A stretch of 64,000 nt of DNA from the NCBI GenBank assembly GCA_951406725.2, contig OX597815.1, positions 121,024,001 to 121,088,000 on the forward strand, in the 5' to 3' direction. The position numbers were made by a program, and so were the translations under genes. Of this stretch, positions 1-13,530 are shown piece by piece. Under the pieces are notes generated by a model. That model did not search any database. It was given only the letters and a program-made list of their open reading frames with translations, and was not told the origin of the DNA. Every line of letters starts with the position of its first letter. Positions within the stretch are counted from its first letter, which is position 1. The DNA is from Octopus vulgaris. Its lineage: Eukaryota.

Positions 1-227
1 AAAACATTACATCATTGTCAAGAACCCGTTTTCATCAAATGAATTCATGAACTTCAAAATACACTGATTCTGATACTATTTCACTTGGCAACTGAAATAG
101 TAACAGAATCCCTGTAAATGTTTCAGCTCTGTGGATTTTAAATTATGTTAAATCATTCTGAATGTCCTTTATTTTGAAGTTCATGAATTCATTTGACAAA
201 AATGGTTTCTTTATGATGCAATGTTTT
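1..227. repeat. Inverted repeat / MITE-like foldback with nested inner hairpin
   Basis: 1-61 is the near reverse complement of 170-227 (shared core tcaaatgaattcatgaacttcaaaata); inner hairpin 66-110 gattctgatactatttca / tgaaatagtaacagaatc. May extend left of the window. Confidence 0.75.
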
Positions 228-551
228 CATTAATCAATTAAAGGAGTCATTGCAAATGGCCATAACAGATTGACACCTGTACCTCTACTGTTACTCATTT
301 ATATTTTATTCACTTGTCTCGGAATTGGCCCTCATAAATATTATCAACAGTATATTTAATATAATGTACATGTCTGATTAGCTCAAGAGCGGATTTCTTC
401 ACTCAGCTAGGTCTAATTGTCTACATAATCTGCAAGAATATCATTCAGCCAGTACTTATGTACCAGGTTTAATATTTACTTAATATTGTTGTGAGTGTAT
501 ATTATTCCGATCTAACAAGGTGCCTCAATTTAAGTACCTAATTCAACTGAA

Positions 552-591
<40 letters not shown>

Positions 592-713
592 ATGTAGAGT
601 ATCATTGGACTTCAAAAATCCGTCCTACATTGATGTAAGAATAGGTTGTTGTATAAAGCTTGAAACACGTGTACTGCGACATCCTTTGTGTTCTGTTTTT
701 TTATTTCATTTGA

Positions 714-768
<55 letters not shown>

Positions 769-779
769 ATGTATATATA

Positions 780-1180
780 TTATCTTTTACTGGTTTCAGC
801 CATTAGACACTGGTCATGCTGGTGCACCACCTTGATAGTTTTCAGCAGATGGAATCAACCCCAATATTTATTTTTTTAAATCTGGTATCACTTCTGTCTC
901 TACTGCTGAACTGCTAAGTTATCTGGGTGTAAATAAACCAACATTAGTTGTCAAGTAGACATGGGCGACAAACACATACACAAAGACACACACAGACACA
1001 CATACATGCACACACATACATGCACACACACACATATAAGTACAGGATGGGTTTCCACACAGTTTCTGTCTACCAAACTTTACTCTCAAGGCATAAATAT
1101 TCTTCTATTCTTTTACTTGCCTCAGTCATTTGATGGCAGCCATGCTGGAGCACTGCTTTAAAGAGCTTTAGTTGAACAAA
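780..1180 (-). mobile_element. Degenerate tRNA-derived SINE pieces (main SINE family of this window)
   Basis: Shares catgctggagcac, gaactgctaagtta and cagtttctgtctaccaaa segments with the intact copies at 3885-4293 and 48031-48437. Confidence 0.6.
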
Positions 1181-1187
1181 TTGATGA

Positions 1188-1334
1188 GGTGTGCAAATAC
1201 CTGATTAAGCAAGTACTTGATTATGCAACTGTTGCCCTGTATTATGAGATCTAGTTGTGTTTCCTCAGGTGAGAAAATGCAACTAGATCTCATAATGCAG
1301 GGAAATAGTTGCATAATCAAGTACCTGCACACCT
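1188..1334. repeat. Long near-perfect hairpin (about 55-bp arms)
   Basis: gtacttgattatgcaactgttgccctgtattatgagatctagttgtgtttcctca pairs with tgagaaaatgcaactagatctcataatgcagggaaatagttgcataatcaagtac; outer ggtgtgca/tgcacacc. Confidence 0.85.
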
Positions 1335-1461
1335 GGAGAACAAGACTGTGCTAAAACAATTGTAGTGATTAAAAAATAAATGTCTATCGTTAGTAGATCC
1401 ATCTTTTTCTCCCATGTGATATCCCTGTACATCTCTGACAATGACTGACAAACTAATAATA

Positions 1462-1740
1462 ATGCATTTTTTTACTAATATGATTATGAGAGAGGTTTCT
1501 CAAAATATCATTATTATCATTTTAACCTCCACTTTTGAGTCCAACAGAATTCAATGGAACAAATTTTCTATTGCTGAATGCCTTGCCTGTCACTAACCCT
1601 TACCTGTTTCCAAGCAAGGTATTTTTTCCACAAGGGTGAAATATGTTTCCATGGAAGATTGAATAGCATTGTTTGTATTAAGAAAACACTCGTTAACAAA
1701 TAATTAGTGGTGCCAGGATGGGTGATTCTGATCTTTTCAA

Positions 1741-1791
<51 letters not shown>

Positions 1792-2092
1792 TGGTAGATT
1801 CTGTTAAGAATGTAGTAGAGTACAGTATAAAGCTTGTCCAACTTCAGATTTACCTTGTGCTATCCAGTAGTAGTATTATACATACTTCCAGGTTTGCTCA
1901 AAGGGGTACAAAAACAGCATGATGTGACAAGCCCCACTGCTGATAGTGAGGGTTGTGTTCTATACTTTGACTTGAACATAGAACGGTACTTGCATCTTTG
2001 AGCTGGGAAATGAATGGAATGCCTGGTGTGTGTCTTGTTGTGGCTATTCCCTCCCAAAAAAAGGAGAATAGGGGTGGGTATATAAATGTGTG

Positions 2093-2127
<35 letters not shown>

Positions 2128-3209
2128 ATATATATTGGTAAAAATGGTAAGATAACAAAAGAAAGAAAGAGACCTCAATATTATGTAAATAGAGGAAATT
2201 TATCTGTAAATTAATATGTTACCATTATTCAATAGCCAAGATAAAACACTGAGTTTTGGATGCCAAAGTAGAAATCCACAACACCATCTCTTCGGTTATG
2301 TATATATAAATGTATATGAGACATGTACATCTGTGCATGTGTGCTTGTGTAAAATATGTTTAAATAATGTCTTTTATTTACATCATTAATGCTATGCAAA
2401 GGAGTACAACTCAATAGTTGAACTTAACCATTCACTAAATAGGGAGCAAAATAGCACATGACTAAATACTGAGATCCAGATAACTTACAAAGATACTTTA
2501 TGATGGTGCTCCAGTATGGCCACAGTATTAACACCAAAGTCAGCTAAGAGAACAAAGAACAACTCATCTATCTTATTTTCACTTGAAATTAATAACACTT
2601 ATCACTTTGAAGTTGTGCATAAATTTTCCTTCAAATTCATATCTAACCTTTCTAACTACTGTCACCTTTGGCAGTTGAAAAGTTCAGTTTATTACTCACC
2701 ACCATCCTTCACACCAGCTTGTGGTAAACTTTCAGTTTGTTCACAAGTTGCAACTATTTTCCCTTCAAGCTGAATGTTTATATTAAGTAATGCTGTTCTG
2801 AGTCAAACAGTTAAGAAAAATAAACAAAAATTCTTGAAACAACATATTGAGTGCTCCTTTTATTCTGTCTGTTCATTTGTCTATATACTGTCAATACATA
2901 TATATATAATTATATATTATATATAATTATATATAATTATATATAATTAAATATGCATTTTTTTACTAATATAATTATGAGAGAGGTTTCTCAAAATATC
3001 ATTATTATCATTTTAACCTCCACTTTTGAGTCCAACAGAATTCAATGGAACAAATTTTCTATTGCTGAATGCCTTGCCTGTCACTAACCCTCACCTGTTT
3101 CCAAGCAAGGTATTTTTTCCACAAGGCTGAAATATGTTTCCATGGAAGATTAAACAGCATTGTTTGTATTAAGGAAACACTCGTTAACAAATAATGAGTG
3201 GTGTCAGGA
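1462..3209 (+). repeat. Local direct duplication (about 1462-1718 and 2952-3209) containing an old retroposon 3' end
   Basis: Near-identical text atgcattttttactaatat...cactcgttaacaaataa...gtggtg in both places. Confidence 0.85.
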
Positions 3210-3884
3210 CAAGGAGACAAATACACATACATAGTCACATACACAGATACACAGACACAGACATATGCTGTTTACCAAATCTAATTAGAAAGCTTTGGGC
3301 TTTTATAGAAAACAGAAATGAACCTGAAACTATATGCTTAGGAAACATTACTTTTAAAATAGCTATATTATTTTCCAGCATGCCTTAACTGTTTATTTTA
3401 GATACATTTTTCTCTCCTCATTTATCCATTCTAAAGAAGAGCATAAGCTTAAATTGTTAGCAACTTCTTCCATTTTTTATTTTTGAGCATTAAACTAATA
3501 CATTCTATTTGTTTTTCTTTCACCTCATCTTTGTGGGTATTTTTTGTATTTTTTAACCATAAATTATTATTATTTGTGTAGAAAATAATTTTTGTTTAGG
3601 GAAACAGATATAACCAGGTGAATTGTTGTTAGTATTCAACAATTGTGTACTTGATCAACCCTAGTGGGATCAAATGCAAGAAGAATACCTATCAAAATTT
3701 AACTCACTATTTTATAGCACCAAACTAGAGGATAGTAAGCACATGATCACTCATTCTAACTCATTAACCAAAAATAATGAATAAATAATTTAAATACATT
3801 GTCCAACTCATGCCAACATGGAAAATGGATATTAAATGATAAGGTAAAGAATGATTATAATCTTTCTATTTCAAGACGTTTCTA

Positions 3885-4293
3885 TATTCTTTTATTCTTT
3901 TACTTGTTTCAGTCATTTGACTGTGGCCATGCTGGAGCACCACCTTTAGTTGAGTAAATCGACCCCAGGACTTATTCTTTGTAAGCCGAGTACTTATTCT
4001 ATTGGTCTCTTTTTTTCTGAACCGCTAAGTTACAGGGATGTAAACACACCAGCATCAGTTGTCAAGTGATGTTGGGGGGACAAACACAGACACACAAACA
4101 CACACACACACACACACACACATATGTATACATATATACGACAGGCTTCTTTCAGTTTCCATCTACCAAATCCACTCACAAGGCTTTGGTTGGCCTGAGG
4201 CTATAGTAGAAGATACTTGCCCAAGGTGCCACACAGTGGGACTGAACCCAGAACCATGTGGTTGGTAAGCAAGCTACTTACCACACAGCCACT
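3885..4293 (-). mobile_element. Full-length tRNA-derived SINE (main family)
   Basis: Minus strand has A-box-like tggctgtgtggtaag and B-box-like ggttcagtccc, central (TG/TA)n and (agtaaaag)n tail; matches other copies in the window. Confidence 0.85.
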
Positions 4294-5749
4294 TAAAAAA
4301 TATGTTATCGTAATAATTTTAGCTTTACAAAACTAATATAATAGCAATGTATCTTTTGGGAGACCTCAAAGAATGCACCCTTCTTTCGTTTGAGATGCTC
4401 CAACAATGGGGAACCTATACAGGTGTTAAGTAAAAGCAGCTGATGGCTTAGTTTTGTTAGCAAACCTTGGGCAATTCTAATAAAGGAAGAATCTGTGAAT
4501 GCTCCAACATGGATCTTGTAATGATAGATGTTTTATTGGAAAACCAGGGAGTGACACCTAATTAGTTTTGAAAAATAGCATTAAGTTAAAAAGTAACTAA
4601 AAATATGAATTCAGTTTCTTTATTTTTTTCTTCTAATTGCAAATCCTTTGGTTGTTGCATGGCATTGATCACTTTACTGCTATTGATTTATTCTTTCTGC
4701 CATGGTGTAAAATATAAAAAACATGAATGATTAGGAGAATTCTTGTGTGAGAGAATTTTACATTTTTCTATATAACATTCTCTTGATTTACTGATGGAAC
4801 TGCAAAGAATAGTGGATAAATCAAAGTAATTATTATATTGTGAGGTAGAGTGTGTTTTTATGAGGTTCAAAAGAATCCTAATGATTTCAATTAAAGTGTT
4901 CACATCAGTAACCAAATGATATTATGTAAGAGGTAAAAACTGAATGGAGATAATAATGAGTTAGAGCTTGAAAAGTAACACATAGTTACTATTGAGAAAT
5001 AGGAGTATACAGCATGAAAGTAGCCTGTGATTTTCAGATTTGATATATTTTGATATATTTTTGCTGCATGATATTATTGCATTCATAACATACGAGAATG
5101 TTATCTCATAAAGATCAAAGCAGAATCTATAGATACACATTGAAGAAGGTGGCTACACTTTAAAGTTCTAATTTACAAAATTGATCTATATATTCATCAT
5201 TACTATTGTTATCATCACTATTCATCAACAGGCTTGAAATTGACTTTTGGAAGAGAGGCGTTTGCATATCTTATACAAACAATATTATTTTTTAGAATTA
5301 AATAAGAATTCACATCAAAACAAAAATATGAAAATATATAAAAATGCTATGCAAGTAATAATTCATCATATAACATATTTTCAAATAACTTTCCTACACA
5401 CACAAAAAAAGGCATCTAGTCATCTTTGGAGCTACAAGGCAATATAATAAGACAAGCATATATGAATATAGCCAACAAGAGGTGACAGCTTCAATAAGAT
5501 AGTGTGTGTAAACAATTAGTATACAACTTCATATATCACAGGTCAGAAGAAAATTCCTTTGTATTGATTTGCTTTCATATCTTATATGAAATATCAATGA
5601 AGGTTTCGTTATGAAAGCATTTGACCTTAAGATGTTGTTGACTGGTCTTCTTTAACTTATCAAATATTAATCTCTGGTGTCAAATAGAGGCAACATAAAA
5701 ATATTTGTTATGTCACCTTTAGACTATCATCTATAAATAGCTTGTTATA

Positions 5750-6052
5750 TAGACATTAGGAAGCTGCTTTTAAGCAGTGTGGTAATAAGAAAAAAATTAT
5801 TTATGAAAAATAACTCTATGATAAAAAGGAAACCATGTGATGCAATTAAGAGGATTCTTTATGGCTTACAGCCCTTTGTTAATATTCTAGAAAAAGTGAG
5901 TAAGAGTTGCAATATTTAGCTATAAGTTTAATAATATGAGCACCTGTAATATAAATGGTCAAATGGTTACAGACAGTGAGTGTTTGTTGGTCATCATCAA
6001 GTCTTCAGTGTGCCTATTACATTGGTGTTAGAAGTTTAAATTGTAAAATAAA

Positions 6053-6102
<50 letters not shown>

Positions 6103-6620
6103 GAGAGATGGAGAGAGATAGATAGAGAGAGAGTGAGTTTGTACAAGTAAAGAATATTTAGCAAAATTGCCTTTAACAAATTTTGCATATATCATGGAGA
6201 GGCTATGGGACGGATGTTAACATCTTCAAATGTTGTAAATATAAAAGCTCTCTTACAACATAACAGAATGAGATGTGTTGGCCATATAATTCGAAGAGAA
6301 GACAAAAGAATTCTGGTCCCTTACTCAATGAGAGAAAACAGAGATGAAACTGTTACAAACTGAAATTATAATACAAGGACAACTTTAAATCTGACCTGAA
6401 AATGTTGGCAATTTATGAAAAGTTAAACATTGGGTAAATGTAATTTGAAGTGAATCATTTTAAACATCCAAAATTGAAAAATAATGCAAGGAAAGAAAAC
6501 CACATAAATATCAATAATCCCTTGTAACCAAGTTTGTAAATCTAAGACTGGTCTTATCTTAATTCAAAAGATCATGAAATGAAACAAGATAATACTAGGT
6601 CGTCATCATCTGAAAAAACC
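5750..6620 (+). pseudogene. Highly decayed RTE/BovB-like LINE C-terminal remnant
   Basis: Hand translation gives NIKALLQHNRMRCVGHIIRREDKRI and YKDNFKSDLK, like the RTE LRW.GHV.RM.D.RIP and RYKD.LK motifs; many stops. Confidence 0.5.
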
Positions 6621-6769
6621 TATGTCTCCCAATGACTTTTGTCTGAAGTGACACATCTTTGTATGCAATAGTAAATATCATGATAAATTATCAATATCAT
6701 CAGCATCATCATCATCGTCGTCGTCGTCGTCGTTGTTGTCATCGTCATCCTTATCATCATCATCATCAT

Positions 6770-7010
6770 TTACTGTCCATTTCCTTGGACAGCATGACAA
6801 GAGCTGGTAAGGCCAAGTGCCACACCAAGCTCTATTGTCTGTTCTGGTGTGGTTGCTATCGCATGATGCCCTTTTTAATGCCAACTGCTTTACAGGGTCT
6901 ACTGGGTGCTTTTTACATGGCACTGGCACCAGTGTTTATTATGTGGCACCAGTGTTTATTATGTAGCACCAGTACCAGTGCTTTTTACATCACACCAGCA
7001 TCAGTGCTTA
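6770..7010 (-). mobile_element. Old RTE 3'UTR fragment with (CAT)n tail and short (about 21-bp) tandem units
   Basis: gatgccct...gccaac...gggtgctttttacatggcac resembles the RTE 3' terminus; repeated gcaccagtgtttattatgt units. Confidence 0.55.
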
Positions 7011-7973
7011 TAAATATATTTCTCAATTCAGCGTTCAGTATATTTTTGTTATAATCATAGTGTTCTATAGCCGGAGTGGAGTTAAAATAATGTAATCAAA
7101 TATGTATACAAGATTATATACAGAAAATACATGAAGAAGTACAAATATCAATGTTAAAATAAACATGAATTCACCTCACATATTACATACATACAGACAT
7201 ACATACATACATAAACACACATACATACATACATACATACATACATACAAGAATATGTGTGTGCGTATGTGTGTGTGCATACGTGCATGCATGTGTGTGT
7301 GTGTGCGTGTGAGTGTGTGTGTCGTTCAGTCTTTATATTTGACACTGATAACATGGTAGACTTTCTTTGTAATCAGACATTCAAAACTATATTTTTAGCC
7401 TATGAGACTTAACTACAATTAAAAAGAAAAGCCTTGTGGGGAATTAACAGATAATATTGCTAAGATGTGGTATAAACAAATATTTTTTTCTATCTGTTTT
7501 TATTTTGTGTTGTGTAATCTAATGTGTTTCAATAGTTCTTTGTTTGAGATACATAGTCAGACACTGAGAATAAGTGGTGCATGTATGTCTAATGTAACTG
7601 TTAGTCATGAAGTTTACAACTTTCATGTTTCCAAATAAATTTCTAAATTAGATTTGTCATCTGAAATTTATTCAATAGCTTTCAGGATTTTGGTTTATTA
7701 TAGATGTGGATATTTTTTTTTAATTTTCATGTTTTAGTGGCACTAAGTTTTGACTGGTTACAATATATGTATTTACAATGAGATTTTTGATAATGTATTC
7801 ATGTATTAGATAACTAAAATACATTTGGTTCATATAAATATATGTCATGTGTTTCTGTTAGCATTCATTGGATGTTGTGTTTGTAGTATTTAACATGTTG
7901 AACATATACATACCTACATACATACACATATATAAATATAGCTATATTATATATATATGCACACACACACACA

Positions 7974-8026
<53 letters not shown>

Positions 8027-8594
8027 GTATATGTGTGTGTGTATATATATATATATATATAAATTCATACACGCGTACACATATATATAAAGACTGAATA
8101 ACACAGACATTTATCTATGTATGTATGTGTAAGTGTATATATATACACAGATATATAAATTATATATATATTTATATATGTGTATAAATGTATATTGATA
8201 TATATATATATATGTACATGCATACACACATACACATATATTGTTGTTACTGTATAGTTCAGACTTCTAAATGATTTCTATATCTTTTTTTTTTTTTGAG
8301 TAGCATTTGTTTTATTCTAGTAATCTCTGCTTGTAGTGCTATTTTGAGGAAACAAATCTAAAAATAAGGAATTTGTTTTTTTATAGCTGATGTGTGAAAC
8401 AGACCTATCATCATTCCCGTGATTCTCACCTACAGTAAACCAACATTTACAACAGATCAACATCGAAAATTTATTGTTCCAGAACATAAGTGATTAATGA
8501 TGAAATAAAAAGAAATATTTAATATAATAGCTAAAACTCAAACATTGTTTCACCATGAATTTACATACATTATAAGTATAGACATTCACACATA

Positions 8595-8697
<103 letters not shown>

Positions 8698-9137
8698 ATG
8701 TATGTCTATAAATATATTTATATATTTAAATACATATATATATGTATATATTTATATATATATATATTTATGTAAATATGAATAATGTATATGGACTTAT
8801 ATTGTATATATGTGTGTGTGTGTATGTGGGGTGGGTGAGTGTGCCTTATTAAATAAAACATAAGATGTCAATGAATTGCAATTTACAGTTGTGCATTTAA
8901 TTCCAAATATATTAAATTAACACTCATTAATTGCTTTGATTCCTTAGAAAGAAAATTCAAAGCAGCTGAGTTTTATATATTCAAATATGTTGTTAGCAAC
9001 ATTAATCAGGATTATAAACCAGAGCAAATATAACCTCTAGTTTTGGATAATTGCTTTCCGTAATTTTATAACTGAAAGAGTTAATTATATAATTACAATC
9101 TATTCAAAATCAATTCAGAACACAATATGTATGTCTG

Positions 9138-9226
<89 letters not shown>

Positions 9227-9314
9227 TTATCTATCTATCAATCTATCTGTCTGTCTGTCTATTTATCTATCTAGCTATCTTTCTATCCATATATTTATCT
9301 ATTTATATACATAT

Positions 9315-9368
<54 letters not shown>

Positions 9369-9436
9369 GTGTATGTGTGTGTGTATGTGTATGCACTTAT
9401 ATAACAGATGTTAAATATTGATGGTGATATATAAAG

Positions 9437-9493
<57 letters not shown>

Positions 9494-12400
9494 TGTATGT
9501 ATATATATATTTACATATATATATTTGGGTATACATGTATAAACATGTACTTATATATATTATACACATATATACATGTACATACATACATACATGCATG
9601 CATACATACAGACAGACAGACATGCATGCATAGATACATACATACACACATAAACACATGTATGTTTGCATATATGTATACATGTATGTATGTAGGCATA
9701 TATGCAGGTATGTAAATCATGCTATATGAGGTCATTTTACTGTTCTGTGCTATTTGAATATTTCCAGTGGTTTCCACATCACTTAAATTTGCTATTTTGG
9801 AACGCTGCTTCATGCAAGTGCTTCTTATCTGTCAATTTCTCAGAGTTGCATAATCATTCATTTGATCATAGGTTTTGGCAATGTGATATAGAAGCAGCAC
9901 ATTTTAAAGATTACTATTTTCTGAGAACATACTTCAAATGCTGCATTCTAAACAATGTGTTATTTAGAAATTCACATTTCGATGCAGAACCATTTCTAGC
10001 AATTACCTTGTTTCTATTTTTATTTTAGACAATTCATGAACAGCAAATAAATATAAATCTTACAAGAAGATAGACTTTTGAACAGTGGAAGCTGTTCAGG
10101 CAATACAATTTTCTATTTTCATTGTACAAATATTTTATCTGAAGTAACAGTTTCAATTGAACCTTGATTAATTTTTCTTCAGACTTCCATGTAACATTCA
10201 CTGTTTCCAAATTTTCAGAAATAATAAAAGCAGCTCTTTTTTCTGTATTTCGTTAAATTAGTAGCTTGTCACATTATTAGGCAATAAAATATCAGCTGAT
10301 CAGTGTATTTTAAGAAATAAATAAGTACAGAAGAAATTATTTAATCAGCATTTCTACTCTTGGTAATATGAATATCAATAATAATATTTTTACAATAAAA
10401 GAATTACAGTAAAACTTGGAATTGTGTTATAATCCTTAAAATATTGGATTGTTATAACGCCCACCTCAGTATACATTGTACTTAGTAAAACCAGTAAAGA
10501 CACGACTATCTCTGACAGCCTACTATGTACTCAGGTACTTCATGTATTTCTCTTTACTTATAGTCACTATGTCATATGGGAGTGGTATACCATTGTTACT
10601 AATTCCCTACAACAAAGAAAAATAAAGAACAAGTGTAAGTGAAACTTTTCACTGAAATTCAACTATATTTATATAATTGTCAGGAAGAGACATAGATGTT
10701 CATCAGAAATATTTTGGGTCTCATTACTTAAAAAAATTTTAAGAAATTTCAGTTTCATTTCAGTAAAGTTGCCCAGTATATAGCAGGAAATGATAGCATC
10801 TCCCTTTTTAAGTCCTTAGTCCTACATTCTTTCTTGCAACTCACAGTTGCCAACGTATAAGATCTCCACAACAGAAAATGCCGAAAGTGGAGGATATCAA
10901 GAGATATTCTGGATCTACCACAAATATCTACAAAAATTACAATGGATGTATCCACAAATGATTGATACTGCCAAAAGTCTTTGAAATGAACTAAAGAAGG
11001 CAACAGACATCATTTCCTGAAAATGACTGGCAACAGGTAATCAGAAATAGAATGGTGACTAAGATTGTGACAGCTGCCACAGCAGAGGAAGTGAAATAAA
11101 TGAGAATTATTTATATCATGCTGTTTCTGCTTTATTTGTTAAATGGAATGGCATCAGAATATTGTACTTTAGATTCTCTTATGCAAATTATCACAAGTTT
11201 AGAAAATAATACTCTAAATTGATGAAGAGAAAGTTTCCAGTTTGTTTTTAATGTCTAAATACAATGAGATTTCTCAATAAATAATTGAGAGTAAATTTCT
11301 TAATCTGCAGCCTTAATTTGAGATGGATCTTTTAACCCCTGATGTCTTATAAGCAACAGGTGAAGACTGGAAGTTACTTTGCTGTGGTAGAAAGATATTC
11401 ATTAAGATTAAACTAAAGTGTCAGTATTTTTTTTAAAGAACTGATGCTTCAGATAAATACATTTTTTTTAAAATTGTAGATTGGCTACTCTAGATAAACT
11501 CAAAGGAAATCATATTAGAAATAGTAGTTTTCAGTATCTAATTTTCTGTACCTTTCTATGAATACTGAAAAGAGAATGAAACTGAAATAATCAATTTTGA
11601 AAATAATGAAACAGCTAACAAGAAACTTAACACACAATAATGATTCATATTTTTCTACTCTTTTATTGAGCTGTGAATAAAAAATAAGTTGATTGATATG
11701 CTGATAAAAAAATCATTTACCTGTCTCATAACACCTGAAAACTTTTCCCTTGTGAAAGATGAGTGTTTGTGTGCTATTGTGACAAATGTTCACATTATAT
11801 ATATATATATATCCATCATTTTTGTCAGCAAGAAAAACCATCATGTTTGATTTTGTGGTATTTTGTCAAAAATAAACATAATTCATTTACAAGTTGTTAA
11901 TTATGACTTCCAAATGAAGTTTTAAAAAGTTATTACATTGAAGTGATAAATGGAATATGTAAAGGTCTTGATGACCATCAACATAGAAGTTGGTTCCTAT
12001 CAAAGAAGCCGCAAGGCTACAACTGTGAATATTGAAGAAGAATGAGCCTTGGATAATATGATGCATCATCATCTTGTCATCTTCTAGGGCTCAGAATTTC
12101 TTTTGCTTTTTGTGTTTGTTTATGAGTGGGTTCTTGTTTTAAAAAAAAGAAAAGAACCTGTTAATAAAAAAAATACCCATGGTGCCAAAATTCATCAGTC
12201 ATTGAAATGAATCATAATTCTCTAAACTAAATGTATAAAAAAAACAGCTGAAAAAAAATTTTTTTTTTTGTTTAGCATGTATCACAGATTCCAATTCAAA
12301 TTGCATGTTTTGGGTTAAACATTCAAGAAATCTTTAAACATTTAAAATATAAGTAAAGGAGTAACGATAAAAATAGAAAATCAAATTTTTTTACTGATAA

Positions 12401-13136
12401 TAATTCATGAGGTGCACACAGAACAGTGAGAATCCACACACTAACATATCTATATATTCTCAATATATCCAGGCAGATTCGCATCTAAATATCTGATCAC
12501 TTATTTTTTCATCGCTGGAAAACATTGCTCTTTAGATGTATGTGATTTATAACACATGTTATTCATTGATGTAAAGGAACTTTGAGACACTATCATGTTT
12601 CAACCTTATTGTTATGTCTCCTAGATTAAAGCTGCTATCCTGGACCAATGAATCTAACAGACAGACATCAATGAAGAATTTGTTTACTGGTTTCTGTAAA
12701 AAAAGGGCCTGTACTCTTGTTAGATTCATTACTTCAGAGTAGTTTGACTGAGGAAATATACATAAGGTCAAAACACCTTAGTGTTTCAAAGTTCCCTAAC
12801 ATCAATGAATCATATGTGTTGTTATGAACACAGATTGCCAAAAGGGAGGAGAGGTTCTCTAATGGAAAACAACAACAGTAATCAGACATTCACATTCAAA
12901 TCCACCAGAGTATATCAAGAATAAATAGATACATTTATTATGACTTTAATATATCTGAATTTTAAAATGAAAAATTTTTAAACAAATGAATCAATTAAAA
13001 TAAATATAATTAAAAGAAAACTTAAATATGTATCATGCAGAAAAGACCACAGTTCTTTAATTCAAAACCTTTTAGCTACAGAGAATGAAGTCATGTGAAA
13101 ATATCTTATTAATAAAACAAAAGAAATATTTGGGAA

Positions 13137-13175
13137 TCTTACATATGTTTCAGGATAATTTTCCCTCTTCAGACA
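13137..13175 (-). ncRNA. Minimal type I hammerhead ribozyme motif
   Basis: Minus strand: ttgt CTGAAGA ggga aaatta tcct GAAAC atat GTA aga. Core intact, 4-bp stem II, palindromic stem III ACATATGT; stem I has one mismatch. Confidence 0.6.
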
Positions 13176-13327
13176 AAGTGTACAGCTATTCTTTGGCTAC
13201 TCAAAGAGCTGTAAATCTAAATTGCTGTATATGTCAATAGCTATCCTGATGTGTATATAATATGTTGGTTAACCACATCAGAAATTAAGATTTAATTATA
13301 TAGTATTCATATATTATAAATTATATA

Positions 13328-13487
13328 GCATAGCTGTGTGGTTAAGAAGTTTTCTTCCAAGCTACATGGTTTCAGGTTCAGGCCTTCTCTGCAGTACCTT
13401 GGGCGAGTGCCAACCTCTATAGCTGTAAATCAATAAAAGCCTTGTAAGTGGATTTAGTAATGGGGAACTGAAAGAAGCCCATCATGT

Positions 13488-13527
<40 letters not shown>

Positions 13528-13530
13528 ATG
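13328..13530 (+). mobile_element. Degenerate SINE 5' half (main family)
   Basis: gctgtgtggttaagaag...ggttcagg...ccttgggcgagtg...aaagccttgtaagtggattt...aactgaaagaagccc followed by (TG)n. Confidence 0.65.

Noticed and set aside
10141-10187. Minus-strand gaagt CTGAAGA...GAAAC t GTT acttc hammerhead-like motif
   Set aside because: Stem I pairs, but stem II is poor and stem III has a 1-nt non-palindromic loop; could be chance.
9700-11560. Repeat-poor stretch with a protein-like feel
   Set aside because: Stops in all frames examined on both strands and no recognisable domain; not called as a gene.
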